Shown here: positions 1 through 8,892 of the stretch, one piece after another | How the letters are laid out: the number at the start of each line of letters is the position of its first letter | How positions within the stretch are numbered: the first letter of the stretch is position 1 | Origin: Candidatus Iainarchaeum sp. | Lineage (GTDB): Archaea > Iainarchaeota > Iainarchaeia > Iainarchaeales > GCA-2688035 | Direction: 5' to 3' | DNA: 64,000 bases | Assembly: GCA_017610205.1 (NCBI GenBank) | Contig: JAFCCL010000001.1 | Span: 81,883-145,882 of the forward strand | The notes under the pieces: model-generated | Database searches by the model: none | What the model saw: the letters and a program-made list of their open reading frames with translations, nothing else | Told to the model about the DNA's origin: nothing | Translations under genes and position numbers: made by a program

Positions 1-353
1 CCACTGCTTTTTCTTATTTTCTTTGGAGCTTTTTGGCATTTATTGAAGTTTATGTTTTGACAAGAATCCATCCTTATTCCAAGGCATATTTTGTTCCAAC
101 AATTTCAGCGTGCATTGCAATACTTTTGTTTTTTGTTTTAAAGAATACCCTGCCTCCATTTATATTGCTGAACTTTCCGGTTGATTTTATTATATTGTGT
201 CTTTTTGGTATTGGCTTTTTGGTATTTTATGGGGTGCTGTTTATCGTGTTTAAGGGGCTGCAGCCAGATGACCTTGAGATTTTGAAACAGGTTGAAGCTA
301 AGTTTGGTTTTAAGTTTAACTTTATAAGAAATTTTGTGAAAAAATTTATTTAA
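1..353 (+). CDS. C-terminal fragment of a multi-pass membrane protein (gene starts upstream of window); possibly polysaccharide export/flippase-like
   Basis: Open frame runs from window position 3 with no stop. The ORF-track start is a TTG. The protein is hydrophobic with predicted TM helices. There is no recognisable catalytic motif. Confidence 0.3.
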   Translation, partial: TAFSYFLWSFLAFIEVYVLTRIHPYSKAYFVPTISACIAILLFFVLKNTLPPFILLNFPVDFIILCLFGIGFLVFYGVLFIVFKGLQPDDLEILKQVEAKFGFKFNFIRNFVKKFI

Positions 354-387
354 TTCTATTAAATATTTTTTTAAAGAAAAAAATAAA

Positions 388-1542
388 TCATTTTTTTTTA
401 AAAACTATTTTTTCTTTGCTACTTTTTTTTTCTTTAAATCCTAGTTTTTTAAAAAGTTTTTTTGAAGCAGTATTTTTTGGTTTTATTTCTGCAATACACT
501 CCCTAATATTTATTCCTGATAATGCTATAAACGCAATGCCTTTTTTTCTAAAATTTTCATTGATTGCAATTGAAACTATTTTTTTGTCAATTCTTGCAAG
601 TCCAACTGGCGTTTTTCCTGAAAAAATTGCAAATGCCTTAAAATCATTATCTTTCAATTTTGTTTCCCAATATTTTGTGTTTTCTTTGACTTTTATTTTA
701 GCAGGGTTAAATGAGTTTTTTCTGACAGTTTTTTGGTTCATAATGTTCAAAATCCATTTTCTGTCATTAAAATTTACTGGTCTTAGTGTAATTTGCTCAA
801 TATTTCCTCTTTTGTCCCTGTATTTTTCTTCTTGAGTTATACTTATTTTTTTCAGTTTTGGATTGTTGTCAACAAACCCTATAACTTTTTCAACTTCTGC
901 GTTTGTTTCAAGCTTTGAAAAAATTGTTTCCATTAACTTAAGGTCTTTTTTTGTGTCAACACAAAACCTTAGCTCTGGTCTAAATAATTTTTTTCTTGCT
1001 TTTACATATCCCATTTTGAATTTTTTTGGGTTTGCATAAATATAATGAGTTACATGTTCTTTGTCAAACTTGCTTTTTGCTTCTTTAACTGTTTTTTCAA
1101 GTATTTTGAAAGAAAAGACTTCTACATCAAGGCCTCTTGGAAATGTTCTGAGTGCAATATTGCTTACATAATCAAATTTTTCTTTTAAAAATTTTTCAAC
1201 TGTCTGATCAACTGTTTTAGAATCAATTAGGGGACAATCTCCTGTTACTCTTATAACGACATCTAGCTCGTGTTTTTTTGCGCAATCATAATACCTTTTC
1301 AAAACATTATTTTCAGATCCTTTGTATACTTTAATTCCTTTTTTTTTGCAATAGTTTGAAATTTTATTGTCATTTCTTGCAGTGCTTGTAGCGACAATAA
1401 TTGTATCAAGTTTCTTGCATGCTGTAAGTCGTTCAATAATAATCCCAAGCATTGGTTTTCCTGCAATCTTTGTCATACTTTTTCCAGGGAGCCTTGTTGA
1501 TCCCATTCTTGCCTGTACTATACAGCCTATTTTTTTTCTCAT
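388..1542 (-). CDS. Sugar cytidylyltransferase (CMP-nonulosonic acid synthetase / SpsF-PseF-like) fused to a C-terminal GNAT-like N-acetyltransferase domain
   Basis: N-terminal CIVQARMGSTRLPGKSM is the hallmark of the acylneuraminate cytidylyltransferase / SpsF family. The C-terminal ~130 aa has a GNAT-like R-x-x-G-x-A pattern (RKKGIAFIAL). Confidence 0.7.
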   Translation of the reverse strand: MRKKIGCIVQARMGSTRLPGKSMTKIAGKPMLGIIIERLTACKKLDTIIVATSTARNDNKISNYCKKKGIKVYKGSENNVLKRYYDCAKKHELDVVIRVTGDCPLIDSKTVDQTVEKFLKEKFDYVSNIALRTFPRGLDVEVFSFKILEKTVKEAKSKFDKEHVTHYIYANPKKFKMGYVKARKKLFRPELRFCVDTKKDLKLMETIFSKLETNAEVEKVIGFVDNNPKLKKISITQEEKYRDKRGNIEQITLRPVNFNDRKWILNIMNQKTVRKNSFNPAKIKVKENTKYWETKLKDNDFKAFAIFSGKTPVGLARIDKKIVSIAINENFRKKGIAFIALSGINIRECIAEIKPKNTASKKLFKKLGFKEKKSSKEKIVFKKK

Positions 1543-1702
1543 GATTTTTCAAGCCTTAAACGTATTTTTTCTTAATTGGCTGATTTTTCTTAATTGCTTT
1601 TTTTGCCTTGTTGCCAATTTTGAATGAATTCATTTTTGCTTTCACTTACTTTCAGCTTTTTTTTTTTACTTTATTTTCATTTTCTCTCTTTTAAATATTT
1701 TT

Positions 1703-2908
1703 TCATTTCACTTCTTTTAAACCTTCTTTTACTTTTGCAATAACGTAATTTACATCATCTTCAACCATCTTTGGAAAAATTGGCAGGCTTAAAATTCTTT
1801 TAAAAACATATTCTGTGTTTGGAAAGTCCTTTGGATTCAAGTTATATTTTTTTTGGTAAAGACTGTGTCTGTAAATTGGAATATAGTGCACATTTACTCC
1901 AATGTTTTGCCCTCTTAGGAATTTGAATAGCTTGTCCCTGTTTTTTACAAGCACGCAATAAAGATGCCACGCATGTTTTATTCCCTGCATTGTTTTTGGG
2001 GTTTTAATTCCGTCAAGTCCCTCAAATGCTTTGTTATATGTTTTGGCAATTTCTTCACGTCTTTTCAAAAATGTTTCAATTCTTGAAAACTGGCTTAATG
2101 CAAGTGCGCATCCAATATCGCTTATTCTAAAATTTCTGCTAAGTTCTTTAACATCATATGCATAGTCGCCATTTTTTCCAAAACGTTTTTTTGCATCTCT
2201 ATCAATGCCGTGGTTTCTAAGCATTAAAATTTTTTTATAAATTTCTTCGTTGTTAACTGTTATTGCTCCGCCTTCACCTGAAGTAATATGTTTTACCGGG
2301 TGGAATGAAAAGCACCCTGCTTTGCCAAAAGAACCTGCTTTTTTGCCTTGAAATTTTGCTCCAAGTGCGTGTGCTGCATCCTCTATGATTGCCACGTTAT
2401 TGCTTTTTGCAATTTTTTCAATTTCGTTCATTTGACAGCATTGTCCTGCAAAATGAACCGGAATTATTGCCTTTGTTTTTTCCGTTATTTTTTTTTCAAT
2501 TTCACCAGGGTCTATGTTGAAGCTTTCTTTGTCGATATCTGCAAAGTCAACATCTGCCTGGTTTAGCAGGGCGGCGTTTGCAGATGCAACAAAACTAAGA
2601 GGGCTTGTTATTATCCTGGTTCCTTTTTCAACTCCACACGCTTTTGCAGAAAGTTCCAAAGCGGCGGTTCCGCTGTTTACTGCAACCGCATATTTTGTAC
2701 CAATATAATCTGCAAGTTTTTTTTCAAATTTGGCAATGGCTGGTCCGTTTGAAATCCAATCGCTTTTGAGAACTTGGTTTACTGCCAAAATGTCTTTATT
2801 ATTTATCCAATGCAAACCATATGGTAAATAGTTTTCTCTTTTTTTCATACAAATCTTAATCCTGTATTTTTGCTTATTGCAAATATTGTTTTTATTGTTT
2901 TGCTTCAA
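1703..2908 (-). CDS. DegT/DnrJ/EryC1/StrS-family PLP-dependent sugar aminotransferase
   Basis: About 400 aa with a typical DegT signature, including NSGTAALEL and a conserved Lys region. It overlaps the next gene by 17 nt, consistent with an operon. Confidence 0.85.
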   Translation of the reverse strand: MKQNNKNNICNKQKYRIKICMKKRENYLPYGLHWINNKDILAVNQVLKSDWISNGPAIAKFEKKLADYIGTKYAVAVNSGTAALELSAKACGVEKGTRIITSPLSFVASANAALLNQADVDFADIDKESFNIDPGEIEKKITEKTKAIIPVHFAGQCCQMNEIEKIAKSNNVAIIEDAAHALGAKFQGKKAGSFGKAGCFSFHPVKHITSGEGGAITVNNEEIYKKILMLRNHGIDRDAKKRFGKNGDYAYDVKELSRNFRISDIGCALALSQFSRIETFLKRREEIAKTYNKAFEGLDGIKTPKTMQGIKHAWHLYCVLVKNRDKLFKFLRGQNIGVNVHYIPIYRHSLYQKKYNLNPKDFPNTEYVFKRILSLPIFPKMVEDDVNYVIAKVKEGLKEVK

Positions 2909-3815
2909 ACATTCTTTTTAAACCTTCGTCTAAAGAAATTTTTGCTTCAAATCCCAATATCTTTTTTGCCAACTGGCCTGATGGAACCCTTTTAAAAATT
3001 TCTCTGGCGTTTGTTCTGTCACTATTTTCCATATTAACAAACTTCGGATTTAGTTTCTTTCCACTTAACTTAATAACTTTTTCTGCCAACAGTTTCATCG
3101 AAATTGGTTCTGAATTGTTGCATATGTTAAAAACTTTTTCATTAGCTTCCTTTTTTGTTAGTGCTAAAAGCACGCCATTGGAAGCGTCTTCTACATTACA
3201 AAAAGCCCTGATTTGTTCACCATTTCCAAAAACAACCGGGTTTTTATCGTTTAATACATTATCAACAAATATTGGAATCACAAATTTTTTAGCTTGATTT
3301 ATTCCGTATACATTAAAGAATCTAATAATTGAATAATTTAAATCATATCTTTGTTTATAAGCTTTTAGATATTCTTCACTTATTGCCTTAGTCAAACCAT
3401 AAACTGATTTTGGTTTCAGTTCATTTTTTTCTGTAATAGGAAAAACTGTTTGTTCGCCGTAAACTTCGCTTGATGAAGAAAAAACAATTTTTTTAACATT
3501 TTCTTTAACACATGCGTCTAAAACATTAATAGTTCCCTGAGTGTTTATAGTCAAACAGTCCAATCTGTTTAATTCAGTGTTTTTAACGCCAATCATTGCT
3601 GCTAAATGTACTACATAGTCACAGCCTTTAATTGCTTGTGATAGGCATGTTGAATCTAATATGCTTCCATAACAACATTTAATATTTTCTGAAAATTTCT
3701 TGTTTTTGAATTGATTAAAAAGGTCAAAAACGCATACTTCAAATCCTTCTTTAGCTAATCTTTCAGAAACATGGCTTCCAATAAAACCAGCTCCGCCTGT
3801 TACTAAAACTTTCAT
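2892..3815 (-). CDS. NAD-dependent nucleotide-sugar epimerase/dehydratase (extended SDR)
   Basis: N-terminal VLVTGGAGFIGSH Rossmann motif, a catalytic YxxxK region, and about 307 aa. Confidence 0.8.
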   Translation of the reverse strand: MKVLVTGGAGFIGSHVSERLAKEGFEVCVFDLFNQFKNKKFSENIKCCYGSILDSTCLSQAIKGCDYVVHLAAMIGVKNTELNRLDCLTINTQGTINVLDACVKENVKKIVFSSSSEVYGEQTVFPITEKNELKPKSVYGLTKAISEEYLKAYKQRYDLNYSIIRFFNVYGINQAKKFVIPIFVDNVLNDKNPVVFGNGEQIRAFCNVEDASNGVLLALTKKEANEKVFNICNNSEPISMKLLAEKVIKLSGKKLNPKFVNMENSDRTNAREIFKRVPSGQLAKKILGFEAKISLDEGLKRMFEAKQ

Positions 3816-3904
3816 ATTTTGTCACACACTCCTTTTTTTGCCTATTTTAATTTTTTTTATGCATTTTTAGGTAGTTATATTTCTAAATCGGATTTTTTTC
3901 TTAA

Positions 3905-4504
3905 TTATTTAAATTTTGCTTTGGTTTTTTCCGATATAATTTTTGTCAGCCCTTCTTTTATTATAATACCTGATAACACAATAGGTAACATTCCTGTTGT
4001 CAAAATTATTTTAGTGTAAAATAAACCTTTTCCTATTTTCTTTTTTAATTTTATTTTTGCCCTGTTAATTTTAGGGTGTTTGGTTTTGTGATAATATGAC
4101 CCTTCTTTCAAAATTGTTTGAAATTCTTTTTTTGTTTTGACCGGGGTATAACAATAATCCGGGACTTTTGTATAAAATTTTTTTTCTCCAACTGGAAAAT
4201 AAGCAATTGTGACAACTTTTAAAAGTAATCCTTCTAATACTACTGTTGAAATTCCTTTGTATGCAATTGTAACATTCAAATTTGCTTCAAGCATTTGCTT
4301 ATACAGTTTTGTTGTATTATCCAAGTAAACTCTCATGCCTTTTTTTTTGATATATGTTTTAATCTGTTTTTCGTTGCTACTTTTATGCAGCCTTACTGTT
4401 ATTTCTATATTTTTATCATTTAATTCTGAAATATCTTCGAGAGTTTTTGCAATTGGTTCAAAACCAGCGCAAGTTATGATTAAAACTTTGTACATTTTTT
4501 TCAC
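3905..4504 (-). CDS. hypothetical protein (Rossmann-like N-terminus; glycan-cluster associated)
   Basis: 199-aa ORF with good coding potential and a 4-nt overlap with the downstream PHP gene. I recognise no family. Confidence 0.3.
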   Translation of the reverse strand: MKKMYKVLIITCAGFEPIAKTLEDISELNDKNIEITVRLHKSSNEKQIKTYIKKKGMRVYLDNTTKLYKQMLEANLNVTIAYKGISTVVLEGLLLKVVTIAYFPVGEKKFYTKVPDYCYTPVKTKKEFQTILKEGSYYHKTKHPKINRAKIKLKKKIGKGLFYTKIILTTGMLPIVLSGIIIKEGLTKIISEKTKAKFK

Positions 4505-5400
4505 CTTTTATTTTCAAAACTTTTTAAGTTCAATGTTAACTGCGATGATTTTTTAATTTTTTTGAGAACCGAATCTGGAATTGTAACTGAATTAATTGTT
4601 TGCCTATCGCCCCCATGAAAATCGCTTCCTCCTGATTCAAGCAGGTTTTTTTCTTTTGCAATTTTCTGGAAAAATTTTATTATTTTCGTGTTTTCTTTTT
4701 TATCAATTTTTAATCTTGGGCAAATTATATAGTAAGGGTAATATGTTTCAATTCCTTGTCCTCCTTGTTTTTTAAAAAACTCGATTAATTTGATAGCCTT
4801 TTCTTTTGGAAAAATTCCAGGATGTGCAAGAAATGTTGTGCCACCAGCTTTTTTTATTATTGTTATTGCTTCTTTAATTCCTGACTTTGATTCCCTGTCA
4901 ACATAGGCTGGTTTGCCTGCTCCTAAATATTTTTCAAAAGCTTCTCTGATTGAGTGGATTTTGTTAGGGTATTTTTTCATAAGTAGCATGGCTATATGCG
5001 GTCTTCCCAATGTTCCTTTTACTCCTGATTTTAGTTCTTCAAAACTTATGTCGAAGCCAAGTTTTTGCAATTTTTTTACAATTTTTTTCTTTTGCTCAAG
5101 CCTGTCCTGTTTTGCCTTTTTGACAAATTTGTTTAGTTCATTGTTTTTGTAATCAACAAATAATCCAACAACTTCCGCTTCTTTGAATCCGTGTTTTTCT
5201 TCGTCGCAATTTATTTCTATTCCTGGAATAATCTCGATTCCTTTGCCTTTTGCATATTTGACAGCTGGTACAATGCCACTTATTGTATCGTGGTCTGTTA
5301 TAGCTATGGCATTAAGGCCTTTTTTTAATGACAGTTTAACCAATTCTTCTGGTGAAAGCCTTCCGTCTGAAGCTGTTGTGTGCATATGCAAATCTACCAT
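4501..5400 (-). CDS. PHP-domain metal-dependent phosphoesterase (TrpH/YciV-like); candidate 3',5'-bisphosphate nucleotidase (pAp phosphatase)
   Basis: N-terminal VDLHMHTTASDGRLSPEELV matches the PHP motif (DLHxHTxxSDG). The pAp-phosphatase role is inferred from the neighbouring APS kinase and sulfotransferase and from the known PHP-family Cv1693-type enzyme. Confidence 0.75.
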   Translation of the reverse strand: MVDLHMHTTASDGRLSPEELVKLSLKKGLNAIAITDHDTISGIVPAVKYAKGKGIEIIPGIEINCDEEKHGFKEAEVVGLFVDYKNNELNKFVKKAKQDRLEQKKKIVKKLQKLGFDISFEELKSGVKGTLGRPHIAMLLMKKYPNKIHSIREAFEKYLGAGKPAYVDRESKSGIKEAITIIKKAGGTTFLAHPGIFPKEKAIKLIEFFKKQGGQGIETYYPYYIICPRLKIDKKENTKIIKFFQKIAKEKNLLESGGSDFHGGDRQTINSVTIPDSVLKKIKKSSQLTLNLKSFENKR

Positions 5401-6023
5401 GTTTTTTCATCCTCTAGAATTTTAATCAATCTAACTGAAAGAATTTCAAGCCTTTTTTTTGGAATGTAAATTTTTTCAACAGGTTTCATTTTTACAAAAC
5501 TTTTTCCTGTTTTGTCATTGAATTCCTTTTTTTTCCCAAAAGAACTGTCAACAGTATAAGGCTGTCCTATATTTCCACTGAACGGGAAAATTTTTATGTG
5601 CAAATGCTCTTTTTTCTCTTTCCAGTTTGTGCATTTTCCATAAGTTGCTATTGAAATTGCAGAATACTTTGATTTAGCTGTTAGCTTGAATTTCTTGCTT
5701 TCTTCCGCCATTACTTTTGCCATTGCATGGTTTAGTTTTGCAAAGGCAATTCCATAGTTTTTTGCAAGTTTTGAATATTTTAAAAGTTGGGCAAAGTGTG
5801 TTAAATGTGAAAATGGCATGAGTTGTAGGCTGAAATCTTTTTCTAAACCCCCTGTTTTTGGAGACAATGTTGCAAACCACCCGTCTTCAGTTCCTGTTCC
5901 AATTCTGAATACAATTATAGATCCGTAATCAGTTTTTTTTCCTGTTTCAAGAGATGCTTCTTTGCACAAATTGCAACTTTTTTTTTGTTCAATGCTTTCT
6001 CCAACAAGTTTTTCTATTGCCAT
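5394..6023 (-). CDS. HIT/GalT-superfamily-like nucleotide hydrolase/transferase, atypical (HxHxK instead of HxHxH/Q)
   Basis: An N-terminal CNLC pair resembles the GalT zinc site. EHLHIKIFPF resembles the HIT histidine-triad position with the third His replaced by Lys. Confidence 0.35.
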   Translation of the reverse strand: MAIEKLVGESIEQKKSCNLCKEASLETGKKTDYGSIIVFRIGTGTEDGWFATLSPKTGGLEKDFSLQLMPFSHLTHFAQLLKYSKLAKNYGIAFAKLNHAMAKVMAEESKKFKLTAKSKYSAISIATYGKCTNWKEKKEHLHIKIFPFSGNIGQPYTVDSSFGKKKEFNDKTGKSFVKMKPVEKIYIPKKRLEILSVRLIKILEDEKTW

Positions 6024-6024
6024 A

Positions 6025-7107
6025 TTAAATTACCTTTATGAATTCTTTTTCCCGCTGGTCTGTTAAATATGAATCAAAATAGCCTGTTACAATACGGTGA
6101 TATGGATTTCCATTTTTTGGCTTAACTTTTTCAAGAATGCCGCATGCCCTTATTTTTTCTCCTGCATATGCCAGTTGGCTGTAGTCTCTTGAGTAAAACA
6201 CAACTTTTTCAACATTGCAGTCTTTGTCTGAATCAATTAACTTTGAATCTGTTAAGGTATAACATCCTGGTCTTACAACTGAACTGTGGTGGTCTTTTAC
6301 TGTCCCTTCAACTGTTGCCAGTCCGCATGAGGAATATTTTTCTTCTCCCCATTTAAACCAAACTTCTTCTTTTTTTTCTGCTGCAAAAATTACAAAAAGC
6401 AGGTTATCAAAATATCCTTCAGATTTTTTTCTTTCAAGCATATGTTTTAGAAATTTTTTTTCATCAAAAATGTTGAACCTGTTCCTTTTTTTGTAAAATT
6501 CAAGCCATTCTTTTTCGTTTTTCCATCTTAAGGATTTATGCCTGGTTTTTTCAAGATATTTCATAAGTTTCCAGAAGTTTTTTTTCCCGTATACAACGAC
6601 ATTTATGTCTGACATATTGTAAACATATTGTCCCATTAGTGTTGAGTAAGTTATTCCAAGGTCTTTAAGTCTGATTCCGCTTTCAAGCAGGAAATTTACA
6701 AATTTGTAGACTGTTGCAAGATGGTTGTCAAGTGCATTTTCAGGCATTGACATAAGTTCAGCAATTCCGGTTCTTGGAAAATAAATTCTTTCAATATCTT
6801 TGTTCTTTGCTAAAAAGAATAATCTTTCATTGTTGTGGAATTCGCTTTGGAAAATGTGGTTTGGATATGCCTTTTTGAATTTGTCAATATACTGAACAAG
6901 GCTGTTTTTTTCTGCCCACAGGTTTAGCCTGTTCATTTTTTGACCTGAGATAAAACGGTATTGCAGTGAATCACATTCTATTTTGTCTGTTGGAATGTAT
7001 TTTGGCTTTACTAAAATGCCCTGTTCAGGGTGCTGGTTTCCATAAACCTGACAATGAAGTCCGTCTTTTGTTGTTATCATTGATGACTCGTAGAAATGCA
7101 TTTTCAA
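6025..7107 (-). CDS. Pol-beta-superfamily nucleotidyltransferase-like protein, paralog A (motif SDIN, predicted catalytically altered)
   Basis: Clearly homologous over its full length to the adjacent ORF 7104..8204. It shares the N-terminal HFYES...KPKYIP block and the C-terminal VRPG.Y...ACG.LE.VKPK...YR.V.GYFD.YL..REKEFIK block. The central ITYSTLMGQYVYNMSDINVVVYG matches the hG[GS]-x(9-13)-[DE]h[DE]h nucleotidyltransferase motif with the second carboxylate replaced by Asn. Confidence 0.5.
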   Translation of the reverse strand: MKMHFYESSMITTKDGLHCQVYGNQHPEQGILVKPKYIPTDKIECDSLQYRFISGQKMNRLNLWAEKNSLVQYIDKFKKAYPNHIFQSEFHNNERLFFLAKNKDIERIYFPRTGIAELMSMPENALDNHLATVYKFVNFLLESGIRLKDLGITYSTLMGQYVYNMSDINVVVYGKKNFWKLMKYLEKTRHKSLRWKNEKEWLEFYKKRNRFNIFDEKKFLKHMLERKKSEGYFDNLLFVIFAAEKKEEVWFKWGEEKYSSCGLATVEGTVKDHHSSVVRPGCYTLTDSKLIDSDKDCNVEKVVFYSRDYSQLAYAGEKIRACGILEKVKPKNGNPYHRIVTGYFDSYLTDQREKEFIKVI

Positions 7108-8204
7108 ATCTCCGCTTTTATGAATTCTTTTTCCCTTCTCTCACTTAGGTAAGCATCAAAATATCCTATGACTACTCTGTAATATTTTTCCTCATGCTTT
7201 GGTTTGACAAGTTCAAGTAAACCGCAGGCTGTAATTGTTTCTCCTTTCAAAGCCTGTTGTACAAAAGGAATTGAATATGTTACAATTCTTTTTATTGGAA
7301 TTGCATTGTCAATTTTGGGTGTTTTGTGGTTGCCTTCTATTAACTTTGTTTTTTCCACTTCATAAAAGCCAGGTCTTACATGGCTGTTATAATGGTCGCT
7401 TACAATTGCTTTTATTGTTGCAAGTCCTTTTGGCTCATATTCTGCTTCTTCCCATTTGAACCATGTTTCTTCCTGTTCTTCAACAGTGAAAAGAGTAAAA
7501 ACTGTTTCTCCAAATAATCCTTCATATTTTTTTCTTTTCATATGTTTTACATATTCTTTCTCTGTAAAGTGTGAAGATTCAGATGTCTTATGTTCTTTGT
7601 AATATTCTGTCCATTCCTTGTCAGTTTTCCATTTGAGCTTTTCATGCTTTGCTTTTTTCAAAAAATCAAGTATTTTCCACCCATTTTCCTTTCCATAAAT
7701 TATCATGTCAATGTCAGACTTTCCAAAGGTGTAATTTCCAAGCAATGTTGAATGCGTTATTCCCATACTTTCAGATTTTACTCCGCTTTTTTCAAGCAGT
7801 TTAACTAATTCAATTACTAGTTTTAAATATCGGTCCAAATTCTTTTCTGGAACCTGAAGCAATTCCTGCAATCCCTTTCTTCCGTCATGTACTGTTTTTA
7901 TTTTGCTTTTTGGAACTACATAAAACCAGTTTTTGTGCAAAGGGCAATCATAGATATATTCCGGAAACTTTTTTTTGAATTCGTTTACGTATCCTTCAAG
8001 TTTGTTTTTTGGTGCAAACTGGTTAAATCTTACAAGGCATTTTTCAAACAAAAACCGGTATTTTAATCCTTTTCCAGAAATTGAATCTTTTGGAATATAT
8101 TTTGGCTTTACTATTACAAACCCTTCAGGATGTTCGTTTGCATAGGATTTGCATTGAAAGCCGTCAACAGTGTCTATTAGGGTTGATTCATAAAAATGTG
8201 GCAT
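7104..8204 (-). CDS. Pol-beta-superfamily nucleotidyltransferase-like protein, paralog B (intact GKSDIDMIIYG motif)
   Basis: The central ITHSTLLGNYTFGKSDIDMIIYG fits the minimal nucleotidyltransferase fold motif. The ~140-aa N-terminal and ~150-aa beta-rich C-terminal domains are not assignable from memory. It overlaps paralog A by 4 nt. Confidence 0.5.
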   Translation of the reverse strand: MPHFYESTLIDTVDGFQCKSYANEHPEGFVIVKPKYIPKDSISGKGLKYRFLFEKCLVRFNQFAPKNKLEGYVNEFKKKFPEYIYDCPLHKNWFYVVPKSKIKTVHDGRKGLQELLQVPEKNLDRYLKLVIELVKLLEKSGVKSESMGITHSTLLGNYTFGKSDIDMIIYGKENGWKILDFLKKAKHEKLKWKTDKEWTEYYKEHKTSESSHFTEKEYVKHMKRKKYEGLFGETVFTLFTVEEQEETWFKWEEAEYEPKGLATIKAIVSDHYNSHVRPGFYEVEKTKLIEGNHKTPKIDNAIPIKRIVTYSIPFVQQALKGETITACGLLELVKPKHEEKYYRVVIGYFDAYLSERREKEFIKAEI

Positions 8205-8340
8205 TGATTCACCTTAATCCTGATTAAAAAAATGTGGTTCGCAATTGTTTTAAAACACTGTTTTTTTATCTTTGTACTACTTGAAAAATGTTGTTCTATT
8301 AAAAGGATTATGACTATAAAAATTGTAAAGTAGTGATCTA

Positions 8341-8877
8341 ATGAACGTAAAATCTGGTACAATCTGGTTTTCGGGTTTACATGGTTCTGGAAAAACAACT
8401 ATTGCAAAAGCCATTTCTGAAAAACTTAGATTTAATGGCATAAAAGTTGTTGTATTGGATGGTGATGAATTGAGAAAAGGTCTTTCGGCAGACCTTAACT
8501 ATTCTTTGGAAGAACGCAACAAGCACTTAAAAAGGGTTGCAAACATCTGCAAGATTATTTCAGAAAATGATGTTTTGAATATTGCCTGTGTTGCTTCCCC
8601 AACTGAAAAAAGTAGAACTTATGCAAAAGGAATCATTTCTAATTTTTTTGAAGTTTATATTAAATGTCCTCTACAAGTGTGTGAACAAAGAGATGTCAAA
8701 GGACATTATAAACGTGCAAGGGCTGGAGAAGCTGGTTTTGAAAACTTTTTGGGAATAAATCTTACATTTGAAGAGCCAAAATCAGCAGATTTTGTTCTTG
8801 AAACCGACAAAGAGCCTGTTAATAATTCAGTTGAAAAGCTCTTCAATAAGATTTTGGAAAAAAACTGGCTCAAGTAA
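8341..8877 (+). CDS. cysC: Adenylylsulfate (APS) kinase
   Basis: WFSGLHGSGKTTIA P-loop and overall similarity to CysC; about 178 aa. It is divergently transcribed from the nucleotidyltransferase pair. Confidence 0.85.
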   Translation: MNVKSGTIWFSGLHGSGKTTIAKAISEKLRFNGIKVVVLDGDELRKGLSADLNYSLEERNKHLKRVANICKIISENDVLNIACVASPTEKSRTYAKGIISNFFEVYIKCPLQVCEQRDVKGHYKRARAGEAGFENFLGINLTFEEPKSADFVLETDKEPVNNSVEKLFNKILEKNWLK

Positions 8878-8892
8878 TAATATTTATCTTTT

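Noticed and set aside
416-835. Numerous 60-240-aa ORFs on the strand opposite the annotated genes (for example 416..835 +, 10373..10966 +, 26812..27288 -, 47650..48105 -, 54749..55444 +)
   Set aside because: These are shadow ORFs inside well-supported genes with recognisable motifs on the other strand. Their products are low-complexity, F/L/S-rich translations typical of antisense frames in AT-rich DNA.
5394-8204. ATP sulfurylase (sat) hidden among the unassigned genes next to cysC
   Set aside because: None of the ORFs has the QTRN / GRD / HxxH motifs or the PUA-like N-terminal domain of sat. The idea is retained only as a hypothesis about an alternative APS source.
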